A DNA stretch of 15,221 nt from Promethearchaeota archaeon (lineage in GTDB: Archaea; Asgardarchaeota; Lokiarchaeia; Sigyniarchaeales; SOKP01), in assembly GCA_013375475.1 (NCBI GenBank), contig JABXKD010000084.1:1-15221 (forward strand), read 5' to 3'. Positions 1 through 9,006 of the stretch are shown here, piece by piece. Numbering within the stretch: position 1 is the stretch's first letter; each line of letters begins with the position of its first letter. A program made the translations under genes and the position numbers. The notes under the pieces are model-generated. The model saw only the letters and a list, made by a program, of their open reading frames with translations. It was not told where the DNA came from and did not search any database.

Positions 1-28
1 CGATAATCATAATATCAACTTTTTTAGA

Positions 29-1816
29 CTAAATACGTTTTATCTTTAATTTTTCCAATAATTCTGGTTTTGGAACTCCGTCCTTGTCCCACCCTCGTAC
101 ATAATAATATTGTTCTAGCATCCTTTCTAAGGGTACAATATGGTCTTTAGAAATCCCTTCTTTTAAGGGTTCTTTTATAAATCTTGGTGGTAAAGAGTCG
201 TCTTTTTTATTCAATCCTTCTCTAATATTAAAGAGCCTTTCCAGATTATAAATTCTTTCTCCTATTTCGAGAAGATTTATTACATCGTAATCAATTCCCG
301 TGATAGCTTTCATAAACCGAGCGTAATAGTCAAGCCCTAGAGCCCAACCGGCAAAAGCACATATTACGAGGCTATCTTCTATGGCTTTTTGATTTTGTTT
401 TAATACTAATAAATCTGGTTTTCCTGCCATCGTAAACCGATCAATTTTTTTCGGAGCTGCAAAAATTTCTAAAGATGCCATATAACCGGTAAGATGGCAT
501 CCACCTCTATTTGAAGTTGCGTAACCTAACGCGTGTCCAATAGCACCCCTAGGATCGTATGCAGGTAATTCTAAACCCTTTACTTGCATAGCAACTTCTT
601 CAGAGTTATAATTTTTTGATAAAATTCTTGAGCCCTCCCCAATTTGAACTCCAATATCCTCCTTTAAAGCGATTTTTTTAACTAATTCTTTAAGAATGCT
701 CTCGTTTCCAAATTTTAAAGAAGAATCTTTAATTAAGCCCTTTTCCTGTAACTCCATCGCACAAGCAATACTCCCCCCACAAGAAATAGTATCTATTCCA
801 TATTTATTGCATAAATAATTTGCTTGAGTAACCATGATTAAATCATAAATACCAATATTCGGTCCAAGAGCCCAAACAGATTCATATTCTGGACCCTTTC
901 CTTTCATATCACCTGCCTTTGTCAACCTTCCACATCGTATTGGGCAGGCATAGCAACCTTCGTGTTCTTGAGTTAATTTTCTATTTATTTCCTCACCACT
1001 AACCTGGGTAGCTCTTTCATCAGAACCTTTCTGAAAATTGTTTATTGGAAACATACCAAGAATATTGATAACATTAACCAAAGCTGAAGTTCCAAACTTG
1101 GGTAAAGAAGAACGGGTAATAGGAACAACCTTAATCTTATCTTGGGCGACTTTCACATATTTTTTCAATAAATCCCGATTATGAATATCAACTTTAGAAT
1201 CGCCACCTTTCACTACGATTGCTTTAAGGTTTTTAGAACCCATAACAGCTCCAACACCACCTCGGCCAAACGCTCTTGCCGCGTCGTTCATAATTGCAGC
1301 TATTTTTATTAAGTTCTCACCTGCTGGACCTATCATTAAAGAATTAATTCTATTACCCTCTATCTTCTTTAAATCATCCAGAGTCTTTTCAGTGTCATAA
1401 CCCCATAGCCTAGAAGCTCCTTTAATTTCAGTTTTCCCATCTTCGATTACAAAATATCCGGGTTCTTTTAAAGCACCCTGAATTAAGATACCGTCATATC
1501 CACATCTTTTCATTACTACTCCAAAAGAACCTCCTGAATTTGAATAAAATAATCCATTTGTTAAAGGAGATTTTGTAACTAAAGAAAAACGCCCGTTAGT
1601 AGGTACGATTGTTCCACCAAACGGACCAGTTGCAAAAATTAGTAAATTTTCTGGAGCTAAAGGATTAAGATTAGGGGGAAGCTTATCTGACAATAATTTT
1701 ACTCCTAAACCTCTTCCACCTATATAATCTAATAAAAGCTCTTCAGGGATATGTACTTCATTAAATTTTTCGTGATTTAAATCTACTTCAAGAATTTTGT
1801 TATTTAGTCCTTTCAT
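29..1816 (-). CDS. aor: Aldehyde:ferredoxin oxidoreductase family protein (tungstopterin, 4Fe-4S)
   Basis: 595 aa ORF with AOR hallmarks: YIGGRGLG, TKSPLT, GPAGENL, GRGGVGAVMGSKNLKAI, Fe-S motif CYACPIRC (nt 932-955), GPEYES, GIDTISCG, YDPR, SNRGGCH, and a distal Cys in DSLVIC. Substrate specificity cannot be read from the sequence. Confidence 0.95.
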   Translation of the reverse strand: MKGLNNKILEVDLNHEKFNEVHIPEELLLDYIGGRGLGVKLLSDKLPPNLNPLAPENLLIFATGPFGGTIVPTNGRFSLVTKSPLTNGLFYSNSGGSFGVVMKRCGYDGILIQGALKEPGYFVIEDGKTEIKGASRLWGYDTEKTLDDLKKIEGNRINSLMIGPAGENLIKIAAIMNDAARAFGRGGVGAVMGSKNLKAIVVKGGDSKVDIHNRDLLKKYVKVAQDKIKVVPITRSSLPKFGTSALVNVINILGMFPINNFQKGSDERATQVSGEEINRKLTQEHEGCYACPIRCGRLTKAGDMKGKGPEYESVWALGPNIGIYDLIMVTQANYLCNKYGIDTISCGGSIACAMELQEKGLIKDSSLKFGNESILKELVKKIALKEDIGVQIGEGSRILSKNYNSEEVAMQVKGLELPAYDPRGAIGHALGYATSNRGGCHLTGYMASLEIFAAPKKIDRFTMAGKPDLLVLKQNQKAIEDSLVICAFAGWALGLDYYARFMKAITGIDYDVINLLEIGERIYNLERLFNIREGLNKKDDSLPPRFIKEPLKEGISKDHIVPLERMLEQYYYVRGWDKDGVPKPELLEKLKIKRI

Positions 1817-1818
1817 TT

Positions 1819-3093
1819 TTATGTCCTATTTACTAAAACACTATGTTCATATTCTTCCACACTTTTAATCCAAGCTTTTCCAATTGGCACATTACATTTG
1901 TAACAGTAATAATCCCAAACAGCTCCAAATGGGAGAGATTTAACTTCTTCGAGAATTGCTAATCTTTGAAATAATTTGTTATTTTCCTCATATTCTTTCA
2001 ATAGCTCTAAAGGTTGTAATAGAGCATACAAAAGACTCTTTAAAGTGGATCTAGCTCCAATAACCCATGCCCCGATTCGATTAATAGAGGCGTCAAAAAA
2101 ATCTAATCCAATGTAAATTCTTTCACGGTTTTTGCATCTGATTATTTCCTCAGAAAGGTGTATTAAATCATCGTTTAAAATAACAACATGATCGCTATCC
2201 CACCTCACACCACGACTAATATGGATCATAATACCGTTAAGAAAGGGTAAAATTGCTGAAATTTTGTCTGCAACGGATTCAGTAGGGTGAAAATGACCCA
2301 TGTCTAGTGTTAGCATGAGATTATTCTTCAGTGCGTAACTTAAGTAAAAATCATGGCTCCCAACAACGAATGCTTCGCTCCCTATCCCAAATAATTTCCC
2401 CTCTAGAGAATCTTTCATATATTTAGGATTATAACTCTTAGTAAAAATCTGATCTAATGAATTCTTCAATAATTCTCTATACCCAGATCTGTCTACTGGG
2501 ATATCTTTAAATCCATCAGGAATCCATAAATTATGAATCACAGGATTATTTAACTGTCTTCCAATCTCAGCACTTATTTCCCGGCACTTTTGAACATGTT
2601 CGATCCAAAAATGTCTAATTTCTGAGGTCTTACTGCTCAAAGTAAAACCTGCGTCAGACTTAGGGTGTGAAAAAAGTGTAGAATTAAAATCTAATCCTAT
2701 ATTTTTTTCTTTTGCCCAATCTATCCAAATTTGAAAATGTTCCGGTTTAACTGCATTCCTATCAATGAATTTATTCTTAAACTCTCCATAAGAAGCGTGT
2801 AAATTAACTCGATGATTACCAGGGATTAACGAAATCGTCTTACTAAGATCCATCTGAAGTTCATTAATGGTTCTAGCTTTACCAGGATAATTCCCAGTTG
2901 CTAAAATCCCACCTCCTGTAATTATGGTGTTAGGGCGCTCAAAACCACCTACATCATCACCTTGCCAACAATGGATCGATAATGATATATTTTTTAGCTC
3001 GTTTAACGCTAAATCTGTATTAACTCCAAGCTCTTTATACTTATCTTTTGCATTTCCATAGAGATTTTTTATATCATGAAGCAAAAAAACCAC
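1819..3093 (-). CDS. rhaA: L-rhamnose isomerase
   Basis: 424 aa ORF with RhaA motifs SIHCWQGDDVGGFE, TGNYPGKART, NLWIPDG, EGKLFGIGSEAFVVGSHDFY, LDMGHFHPTE, HISRGVRWDSDHV and LDFFDASINRI. Start is GTG at 3093; an in-frame TTG at 3084 is an alternative. Confidence 0.96.
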   Translation of the reverse strand: MVFLLHDIKNLYGNAKDKYKELGVNTDLALNELKNISLSIHCWQGDDVGGFERPNTIITGGGILATGNYPGKARTINELQMDLSKTISLIPGNHRVNLHASYGEFKNKFIDRNAVKPEHFQIWIDWAKEKNIGLDFNSTLFSHPKSDAGFTLSSKTSEIRHFWIEHVQKCREISAEIGRQLNNPVIHNLWIPDGFKDIPVDRSGYRELLKNSLDQIFTKSYNPKYMKDSLEGKLFGIGSEAFVVGSHDFYLSYALKNNLMLTLDMGHFHPTESVADKISAILPFLNGIMIHISRGVRWDSDHVVILNDDLIHLSEEIIRCKNRERIYIGLDFFDASINRIGAWVIGARSTLKSLLYALLQPLELLKEYEENNKLFQRLAILEEVKSLPFGAVWDYYCYKCNVPIGKAWIKSVEEYEHSVLVNRT

Positions 3094-3098
3094 ACTTT

Positions 3099-3177
3099 AA
3101 TTGTTAGAATTTTAACTACTAATAAAAATTTATAATTTATAAACTGTTATGATGATATATATTTACTACTAACAATT
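3099..3177. promoter_or_regulatory. Symmetric bidirectional promoter region between rhaA and GH78
   Basis: 9-bp inverted repeat AATTGTTAG (3099-3107) / CTAACAATT (3169-3177). Central palindrome TTTATAA-T-TTATAAA (3129-3143) contains TATA-box-like TTTATAAA. Direct repeat ACTACTAA at 3115-3122 and 3165-3172. Function is inferred. Confidence 0.55.
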
Positions 3178-3182
3178 CTAAA

Positions 3183-5882
3183 ATGACAATATCTATGATA
3201 AAACCTCCTTTTGATTTGAAATGTGAATATCTCGTTAATCCCATTTGTATTGATGTAAAGAAACCAAGATTTTCTTGGAAATTAACCCACGAACAAAAAA
3301 ACCAAAGACAATCGGCTTATCAAATAATTATTTCTTCCAATAAAGCTCTTTCTGAAGAAAAAAATGGAGATCTCTGGGACAGCGGAAAAGTAGAAAAGGA
3401 TTCATGCGTAAATGTATCTTATAAAGGGGTAAACCTAAAAAGTGATAGTAAATATTACTGGCGAATAAAATGGTGGGATAATGATAGCAAGGAGAGTGAA
3501 TATAGTACTATCCAAAAATTTGAAACCTCTTTGCTTGAAAAATCTGATTGGAAAGCTCAATGGATTAGTAAAAAGGAATTCATTGATAAACAAAGCAGAA
3601 AGAAGTTGCAGTATAAATCCGGGGGAAGAAATTTAGCGGGTCGAATTAAAGAAGTGCATGCATTATATTTAAGAAAGGAATTTTCCACTCTAAAGCCAAT
3701 AAAATCTGCGAAAGTCTATGTTTGTGGTTTGGGTTATTATGAACTACACATAAATGGACAAAAAATTGGAGATCGGATACTTGAACCCGCGCAAACAGAT
3801 TATAACAAATTGGCTTTGTATTCAACATATGATATATCAGCTTTTATTCAAAAAGAGAATGCTATTGGTGTTGTTCTAGGAAACGGAAGATGTCTTGAAT
3901 TATTTGGATATGATTTTCCCAAAGTAATACTCCAAGTAAACATTCATTACAATGATGATAGTAAGGAAATAATTTGTACAGATAATTCATGGAAAATATC
4001 AAACGGACCTATCAAAGAAAATGGGATGTATTTTGGTGAAATTTATGATGCAAGACTTGAGATGATTGGATGGAATAATACCAGATTCGATGATAAAGAA
4101 TGGAAAAATGCAAGCGTGGTTGTTGGACATAATTTAGCTTCACAGATGATGCAACCTATCCAAATAACTAAGATTGTTGAACCTCGAGAGATTTATAGTC
4201 CTGAGCCGGGAATGTATATCATTGACTTTAAACAAAACTTTACCGGTTTTATGAAATTGAAAGTTACCGGTCCTCGTAGTTCAGAAGTAAAATTAAGATT
4301 TTCTGAAATAGTGTTTAAAAATGGAACGCTCAATACTGCTACAAATGGAAACGCACCTGCAACTGATATATATATCCTAAAAGGAGAAGGAGAGGAAATT
4401 TATGTACCACATTTCACATATCATGGATTTCGATATGTCGAGATCACGGGATTTCCAGGTGTCCCGTCTTTAGATAATTTTGAGGGGTTATTCTTTCATT
4501 CTAATGTCCCGAAAACTGGTAATTTTTACTGTTCTGATACACTTATTAATCAAATACATTCTAATATCATATGGGGTCAATTAAGCAATTTAATGAGCAT
4601 TCCAACTGACTGTCCTCAGAGAGATGAGCGTCACGGTTGGATGGGTGATGCTCAACTAGCAGCAGAAGAAGCAATTTTAAACTTTGATATGGCTCGATTT
4701 TTTAGCAAATATTTAAGAGATATAAGAGAATGTCAAAAGGAAGACGGAAGTATCTCCGATGTTGTACCACCCTACTGGAGCTTATATCCTGCTGACCCTG
4801 CATGGGGAAGTGCTTACATAACAATTGCCTGGTATCTATATTGGTATTATAACGATATTCGGGTTCTTGAAGAAAACTATGAAGGAATGAGGAATTATAT
4901 AGGGTTTCTTATTTCGAAATCAGAAGATAACTTATTTTTAATGGGAAAATTTGGTGATTGGTGTCCTCCTTGTTCTATAGTTTCAAGAAAAACTTCTGTA
5001 GTATTAACATCTTCTTGGTATTTTTATCATGACACTTTTTACTTCTCAAAAATTGCAGAAATTCTTGGAAAAAAAGACGATCATTTATTTTTCAAAAATA
5101 AATCGGAAGAAATTAAAGCCGCATTCAATAGAAAGTTCCTTAATGTCAGTTATGAAACAACAACACTCTCTCCTGTAGATCGATCTATAAGTCAAACTTC
5201 GAATATTTTACCCCTCTATTTAAAAATGGTTCCTGACGAAAAGAGGAAGAAAGTATTATCCATTTTAACTAAAGCTATTATAGAGGATTACGATTATCAT
5301 GTCGATACTGGAATTGTGGGGACAAGATATTTATTTGATGTTTTATCCGAAAACGATCATCCTGAAATAGCTTACAAAATTATAACTCAAGAAAGTTTTC
5401 CAAGTTATGGATATATGATTAAGGAGGGCGCTACCACATTATGGGAACGTTGGGAAAAACTAGAAGGAGGTGGAATGAATTCACATAATCATATTATGTT
5501 AGGCTCAGTCGACACTTGGTTTTATAAAACCTTAACAGGAATTAAATGTGAATCTCCAGGTTGGGAATCAGTAAAGATTAAACCTTTTCTCCCTGATGAT
5601 ATGGATTATGCACGATCGACAATTCAAACATGTAAAGGAGCTCTTTCTTGTTCTTGGGAGAAGTTAAACAATTCTTTAAAAGTATCTATAAATATTCCCG
5701 TAGGGATGAAAGCTGAAACTTGGATTCCAATTGATGATTCATCCCATCAAGTCAAAGAAAGTGGTACAGTTATTTGGAAGGAAAACAAAATAGTGAGTGA
5801 GCAGATTAGACTGTCAACTCAAAAAGAAAATAGCTTAGTTTTTACACTAGGTTCTGGTTTTTACACCTTTGAAATAAAATAA
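3183..5882 (+). CDS. Alpha-L-rhamnosidase, glycoside hydrolase family 78 (probably cytoplasmic)
   Basis: 899 aa ORF with N-terminal LKCEYLVNP..PRFSW, WDSGKV, GLGYYELHING, FTYHGFRYVEI, catalytic-acid region PTDCPQRDERHGWMGD, catalytic-base region GATTLWERW and MNSHNH. No hydrophobic signal peptide is visible. Confidence 0.95.
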   Translation: MTISMIKPPFDLKCEYLVNPICIDVKKPRFSWKLTHEQKNQRQSAYQIIISSNKALSEEKNGDLWDSGKVEKDSCVNVSYKGVNLKSDSKYYWRIKWWDNDSKESEYSTIQKFETSLLEKSDWKAQWISKKEFIDKQSRKKLQYKSGGRNLAGRIKEVHALYLRKEFSTLKPIKSAKVYVCGLGYYELHINGQKIGDRILEPAQTDYNKLALYSTYDISAFIQKENAIGVVLGNGRCLELFGYDFPKVILQVNIHYNDDSKEIICTDNSWKISNGPIKENGMYFGEIYDARLEMIGWNNTRFDDKEWKNASVVVGHNLASQMMQPIQITKIVEPREIYSPEPGMYIIDFKQNFTGFMKLKVTGPRSSEVKLRFSEIVFKNGTLNTATNGNAPATDIYILKGEGEEIYVPHFTYHGFRYVEITGFPGVPSLDNFEGLFFHSNVPKTGNFYCSDTLINQIHSNIIWGQLSNLMSIPTDCPQRDERHGWMGDAQLAAEEAILNFDMARFFSKYLRDIRECQKEDGSISDVVPPYWSLYPADPAWGSAYITIAWYLYWYYNDIRVLEENYEGMRNYIGFLISKSEDNLFLMGKFGDWCPPCSIVSRKTSVVLTSSWYFYHDTFYFSKIAEILGKKDDHLFFKNKSEEIKAAFNRKFLNVSYETTTLSPVDRSISQTSNILPLYLKMVPDEKRKKVLSILTKAIIEDYDYHVDTGIVGTRYLFDVLSENDHPEIAYKIITQESFPSYGYMIKEGATTLWERWEKLEGGGMNSHNHIMLGSVDTWFYKTLTGIKCESPGWESVKIKPFLPDDMDYARSTIQTCKGALSCSWEKLNNSLKVSINIPVGMKAETWIPIDDSSHQVKESGTVIWKENKIVSEQIRLSTQKENSLVFTLGSGFYTFEIK

Positions 5883-5923
5883 GCTCATTTCTTTATATTT
5901 ATTTGTTCTTAGCTAAACGAGTA

Positions 5924-5935
5924 TTTTCTTTTTTT
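5924..5935 (+). terminator. Putative archaeal-type oligo-T terminator after GH78
   Basis: TTTTCTTTTTTT about 40 nt after the stop codon, with no GC-rich hairpin before it. Weak evidence in AT-rich DNA. Confidence 0.35.
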
Positions 5936-5936
5936 G

Positions 5937-6040
5937 GTTTAAAATCAATAATGAATTTTGGGATTTTAAACGCTGATTAACAAGTTTTATATATAATAAT
6001 CAATCTATTTGTATTCATATTAAAATTTAGATGTAAGGTG
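5937..6040 (+). promoter_or_regulatory. Putative promoter and RBS of the MFS gene with an upstream inverted repeat
   Basis: 10-bp inverted repeat GTTTAAAATC (5937-5946) / GATTTTAAAC (5962-5971), TATA-like TTTTATATATAA (5985-5996) and SD-like AGGTG (6036-6040) 7 nt before ATG 6048. Confidence 0.45.
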
Positions 6041-6047
6041 CACATTG

Positions 6048-7409
6048 ATGGAAAATCAAAATAAAAAACAACTTAGTTCAAGAAATCTATGGGGTTATGC
6101 TTTAGGTGCCATTCCTAGTGGACTTCTAGTATTTATATTTGGGTTAAAATATATTGAACTCTTTTTTGATAAACTACATTTAGACCCTACTCTTTTTGTC
6201 ATTGGTCAAGTAATTTACCTAGTGGTGAATGCTTTAAATGATCCTCTACTCGGTCAAATGTCTGATCGAACTAATACTAAGAAATGGGGAAGCAGAAGGA
6301 AAATTTACATTAGGTATGGAGCTCCCATTTGGGCATTGACATTTATGATCGTCTGGTTTCCTTGGAGTTTCGACAATCAAATAATAATATTTCTTCATTT
6401 TGTTATAAGTATATGTTTATTTGACACTATGTTTACCTTAGTAGTTCTAGTATGGTTGGCGTTATTACCCGAAATGACTTCTGATTTAGATGAAAGGAAT
6501 AAAGGAAACTTAGTAGCTACTGTACTTGGTGCTGCCTTTGTAGTTCCAATGTTCATAATTGTAGGTACTATGGATCCAACTTCATCGGAATTTATATTCT
6601 TAATGCTAATTGTTGCTATTTTTTCTACAATCTTATTGATCATCACCGCTTTTCTATGCGAAGAAAAACCAGAATTTCAAAAGGATGAGGGACTTCCACT
6701 AATTAAAGCAGTAAAAGAAACGCTAAGACTAAAGTCGTTTTTAACTTACATGGGCTATATTTTCTGCGATGCATTTCTCGGCTCTATAGGTTTGAGTTAT
6801 CTTTTTGTATATTTACTGGTTTTAGGAGAAGGCGGGCTGCTTTATTATTTTGCAATCTTTTTCTTTATTGGATATGGCTCAAATATTCTTTGCATGAAAC
6901 TGAGGCCTAAATGGGGTATGCGGAAGATCCTACTAAGATTTGGAGTCTTGAAAGTCATATTTACGTTCATATTATTTACGATCGTTGTCTTTATAGACGC
7001 TCCAATGATAATAGTGATTGGTTTAGCAATAAGAACATTACTAGGGGGATATAATATATTTAATTCACCAATTCTTTATCTATCTATGGATGAGGATGAG
7101 CTGAGAAACGGTTCAAGAAGAGAGGGAATGTTTTTTGGTATCGATGCGTTAATCCATAAACCTGCTCAAAGCATTGGTCCGATTGTTGCGACCTTTATCC
7201 TTGGAGCTTTTGGATACATTCAAAATTCTACTGTACAACCAGATTCTGCAATAATTGGTATTAAAATATTAATGTTTTTGATTCCCGCGATAGTAAGTGC
7301 TATAGGCTTAATTTTTATGTTCTTTTATCCAATCCATGGGGAGAAGCTAGATCAAATGAGAGAAAAACTCCAAGTTCTTCATATGGAAAAACGAGAAAGG
7401 CTTGAATAA
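6048..7409 (+). CDS. MFS transporter, glycoside-pentoside-hexuronide (GPH/MelB-like, MFS_2) family
   Basis: About 12 hydrophobic segments, GPH motif NALNDPLLGQMSDRTNTKKWGSRRK, ALLPEMTSDLDERN, DEDELRNGSRREGMFFG and C-terminal FYPI. ATG 6048 is preferred over TTG 6045 because of the SD spacing. Confidence 0.92.
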   Translation: MENQNKKQLSSRNLWGYALGAIPSGLLVFIFGLKYIELFFDKLHLDPTLFVIGQVIYLVVNALNDPLLGQMSDRTNTKKWGSRRKIYIRYGAPIWALTFMIVWFPWSFDNQIIIFLHFVISICLFDTMFTLVVLVWLALLPEMTSDLDERNKGNLVATVLGAAFVVPMFIIVGTMDPTSSEFIFLMLIVAIFSTILLIITAFLCEEKPEFQKDEGLPLIKAVKETLRLKSFLTYMGYIFCDAFLGSIGLSYLFVYLLVLGEGGLLYYFAIFFFIGYGSNILCMKLRPKWGMRKILLRFGVLKVIFTFILFTIVVFIDAPMIIVIGLAIRTLLGGYNIFNSPILYLSMDEDELRNGSRREGMFFGIDALIHKPAQSIGPIVATFILGAFGYIQNSTVQPDSAIIGIKILMFLIPAIVSAIGLIFMFFYPIHGEKLDQMREKLQVLHMEKRERLE

Positions 7410-7422
7410 TCTAATTTTTAAC

Positions 7423-7436
7423 TTTTCTTTTTTTTT
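7423..7436 (+). terminator. Putative oligo-T terminator between convergent MFS and rhaB
   Basis: TTTTCTTTTTTTTT 13 nt after the MFS stop codon, without a stem-loop. Confidence 0.45.
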
Positions 7437-7472
7437 ATTCTAAATTCTAAATCCAAGTTCATTTGATTAAAT

Positions 7473-8960
7473 TCAATAAGTAAATTTTAAGTACTTTTTA
7501 TAAGCATTTTTCCAAATATTAACGTCTTCAGGATAATAATCTAATATAGGAAAAGATTGTATAACACATTTTCTTAGCTCTTCAAGGTTGTTTACCAGCT
7601 CCACTGCTTTAGCTTGCATCAAAATATTACCAACAGAAGCGGCCTCAACTGGACCCGCCTTAATTGGAATATTAAGAGAATTTGCAGCAAATTGATTTAG
7701 TAATTGGTTAGAAGATCCGCCACCAATTATAAACAGTATCATTACTTTTTTTTTAATGATGCTTTCTATTGATTCAAGAATTTGCTTGTATCTAAAAGCT
7801 AAGCCCTCAAAAATAGCTCTTGAAATATCACCCATAGTTTTTGGAGAAATTTGTTTACTTCTTTCATAATATTTTTGTATAGATTTGATAATGTTAGGAG
7901 GATTATGGAAAAGAGGATCGTCAGGATTTATAAAACATTGAAATGGTTCAGCTTCCATAGCCTCTGATATAATTATTTCCCAAGTATAATCTAAACATTG
8001 GTTCTCCCATTCCTTTTTACATTCTTGAAGAATCCAAAGTCCAGTTATATTTTTTAAAAATCTAATTGTATTTTCAACTCCTCCTTCATTTGTAAAGTTG
8101 AATTTAAGCGATTTTTCGTTTATTATAGGTTTATCTAATTCTACTCCTAAAAGACTCCATGTCCCTGAACTAAGAAATGCCCATTCTCCCCTCTTATATT
8201 TTCTCATATCAACAGGAATTGCCGCTATAGCAGACCCAGTGTCATGGCACGCCGGGGCGATGATATTCGTATTTTCTTTCAGATTTACATCCTGAGCGAT
8301 CTCTTTTCTTAATCTACCTAAGATTGTCCCTGAAGGAACTATTTCTTGAAATAAAAGACGATTTAATCCTAACTTTTCAATTAATTCTTTCGACCAATCT
8401 AGAGTATTTGGATTAAATAATTGAGATGTTGTAGCAATAGAGTATTCTGAGCATTTCCTCCTGCACATTAAATAATTTAAATAATCGGGTATCATGAGAA
8501 ATATTTCAGATACACTTAATTGAGGAGAATTGTTATGAATGAGAGAGTATAATTGAGTCGAGCTGTTAATCTCCATAAATTGTATACCCGTATATTTGAA
8601 AATCTCATCTTTAGAAACTTTCTCGAACATTTTACTAAGCATTCCTTTTGTTCTCGAATCTCTATAGTGATGACTTGGTCCAACAAGATCGTTGTTTTTG
8701 TCCAATAAAACGAAGTCGACACCCCAAGTGTCAATACCTATGCCATCAACGCTACTTCCGTATTTTTTTGCATACTTTCTAAGTCCATTTAATATTTCTG
8801 AAAAAATACCTGAAATATCCCATATAAATGAATCATTTTTTTTCATTCCACCGTTAGGAAAACGGTATATTTCATCTAAAACGAGTTTATCGTTATCTAA
8901 AGTCCCTACTATAGCCCTTCCAGAACTCGCCCCTATGTCAAACGCTAAAAATCGTTTCAA
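7473..8960 (-). CDS. rhaB: Rhamnulokinase (FGGY carbohydrate kinase family)
   Basis: 495 aa ORF with AFDIGASSGRAI, IGIDTWGVDF, YRDSRT, TGIQFMEINS, HDTGSA, SSGTWSLLGVE, FTNEGG, FLKNITGLW and IIGGGS. TTG start with SD GAGGA (8972-8968). rhaA and GH78 in the same locus favour rhamnulose over fuculose. Confidence 0.92.
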   Translation of the reverse strand: MKRFLAFDIGASSGRAIVGTLDNDKLVLDEIYRFPNGGMKKNDSFIWDISGIFSEILNGLRKYAKKYGSSVDGIGIDTWGVDFVLLDKNNDLVGPSHHYRDSRTKGMLSKMFEKVSKDEIFKYTGIQFMEINSSTQLYSLIHNNSPQLSVSEIFLMIPDYLNYLMCRRKCSEYSIATTSQLFNPNTLDWSKELIEKLGLNRLLFQEIVPSGTILGRLRKEIAQDVNLKENTNIIAPACHDTGSAIAAIPVDMRKYKRGEWAFLSSGTWSLLGVELDKPIINEKSLKFNFTNEGGVENTIRFLKNITGLWILQECKKEWENQCLDYTWEIIISEAMEAEPFQCFINPDDPLFHNPPNIIKSIQKYYERSKQISPKTMGDISRAIFEGLAFRYKQILESIESIIKKKVMILFIIGGGSSNQLLNQFAANSLNIPIKAGPVEAASVGNILMQAKAVELVNNLEELRKCVIQSFPILDYYPEDVNIWKNAYKKYLKFTY

Positions 8961-9006
8961 AATGTGATCCTCTTTGAATAAATTTAAAGATGGTTTAGTA
9001 TAAAAA

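Noticed and set aside
29-1816. AOR as glyceraldehyde-3-phosphate:ferredoxin oxidoreductase (GAPOR) serving the DHAP branch
   Set aside because: Length and motifs look like classical AOR rather than the divergent GAPOR clade. Not formally excluded without a phylogeny.
3646-3828. 60 aa minus-strand ORF
   Set aside because: Antisense within GH78, with no recognisable motif.
6395-6646. 83 aa minus-strand ORF
   Set aside because: Antisense shadow of the hydrophobic MFS coding sequence.
7437-7454. Short tandem ATTCTAA-ATTCTAA in the MFS/rhaB gap
   Set aside because: Two copies of an AT-rich 7-mer are expected by chance, and there is no array structure.
8098-8967. Three short ORFs (8098-8295 +, 8516-8734 -, 8692-8967 +)
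   Set aside because: All overlap the well-supported rhaB, in antisense or an alternative frame, with no motifs.
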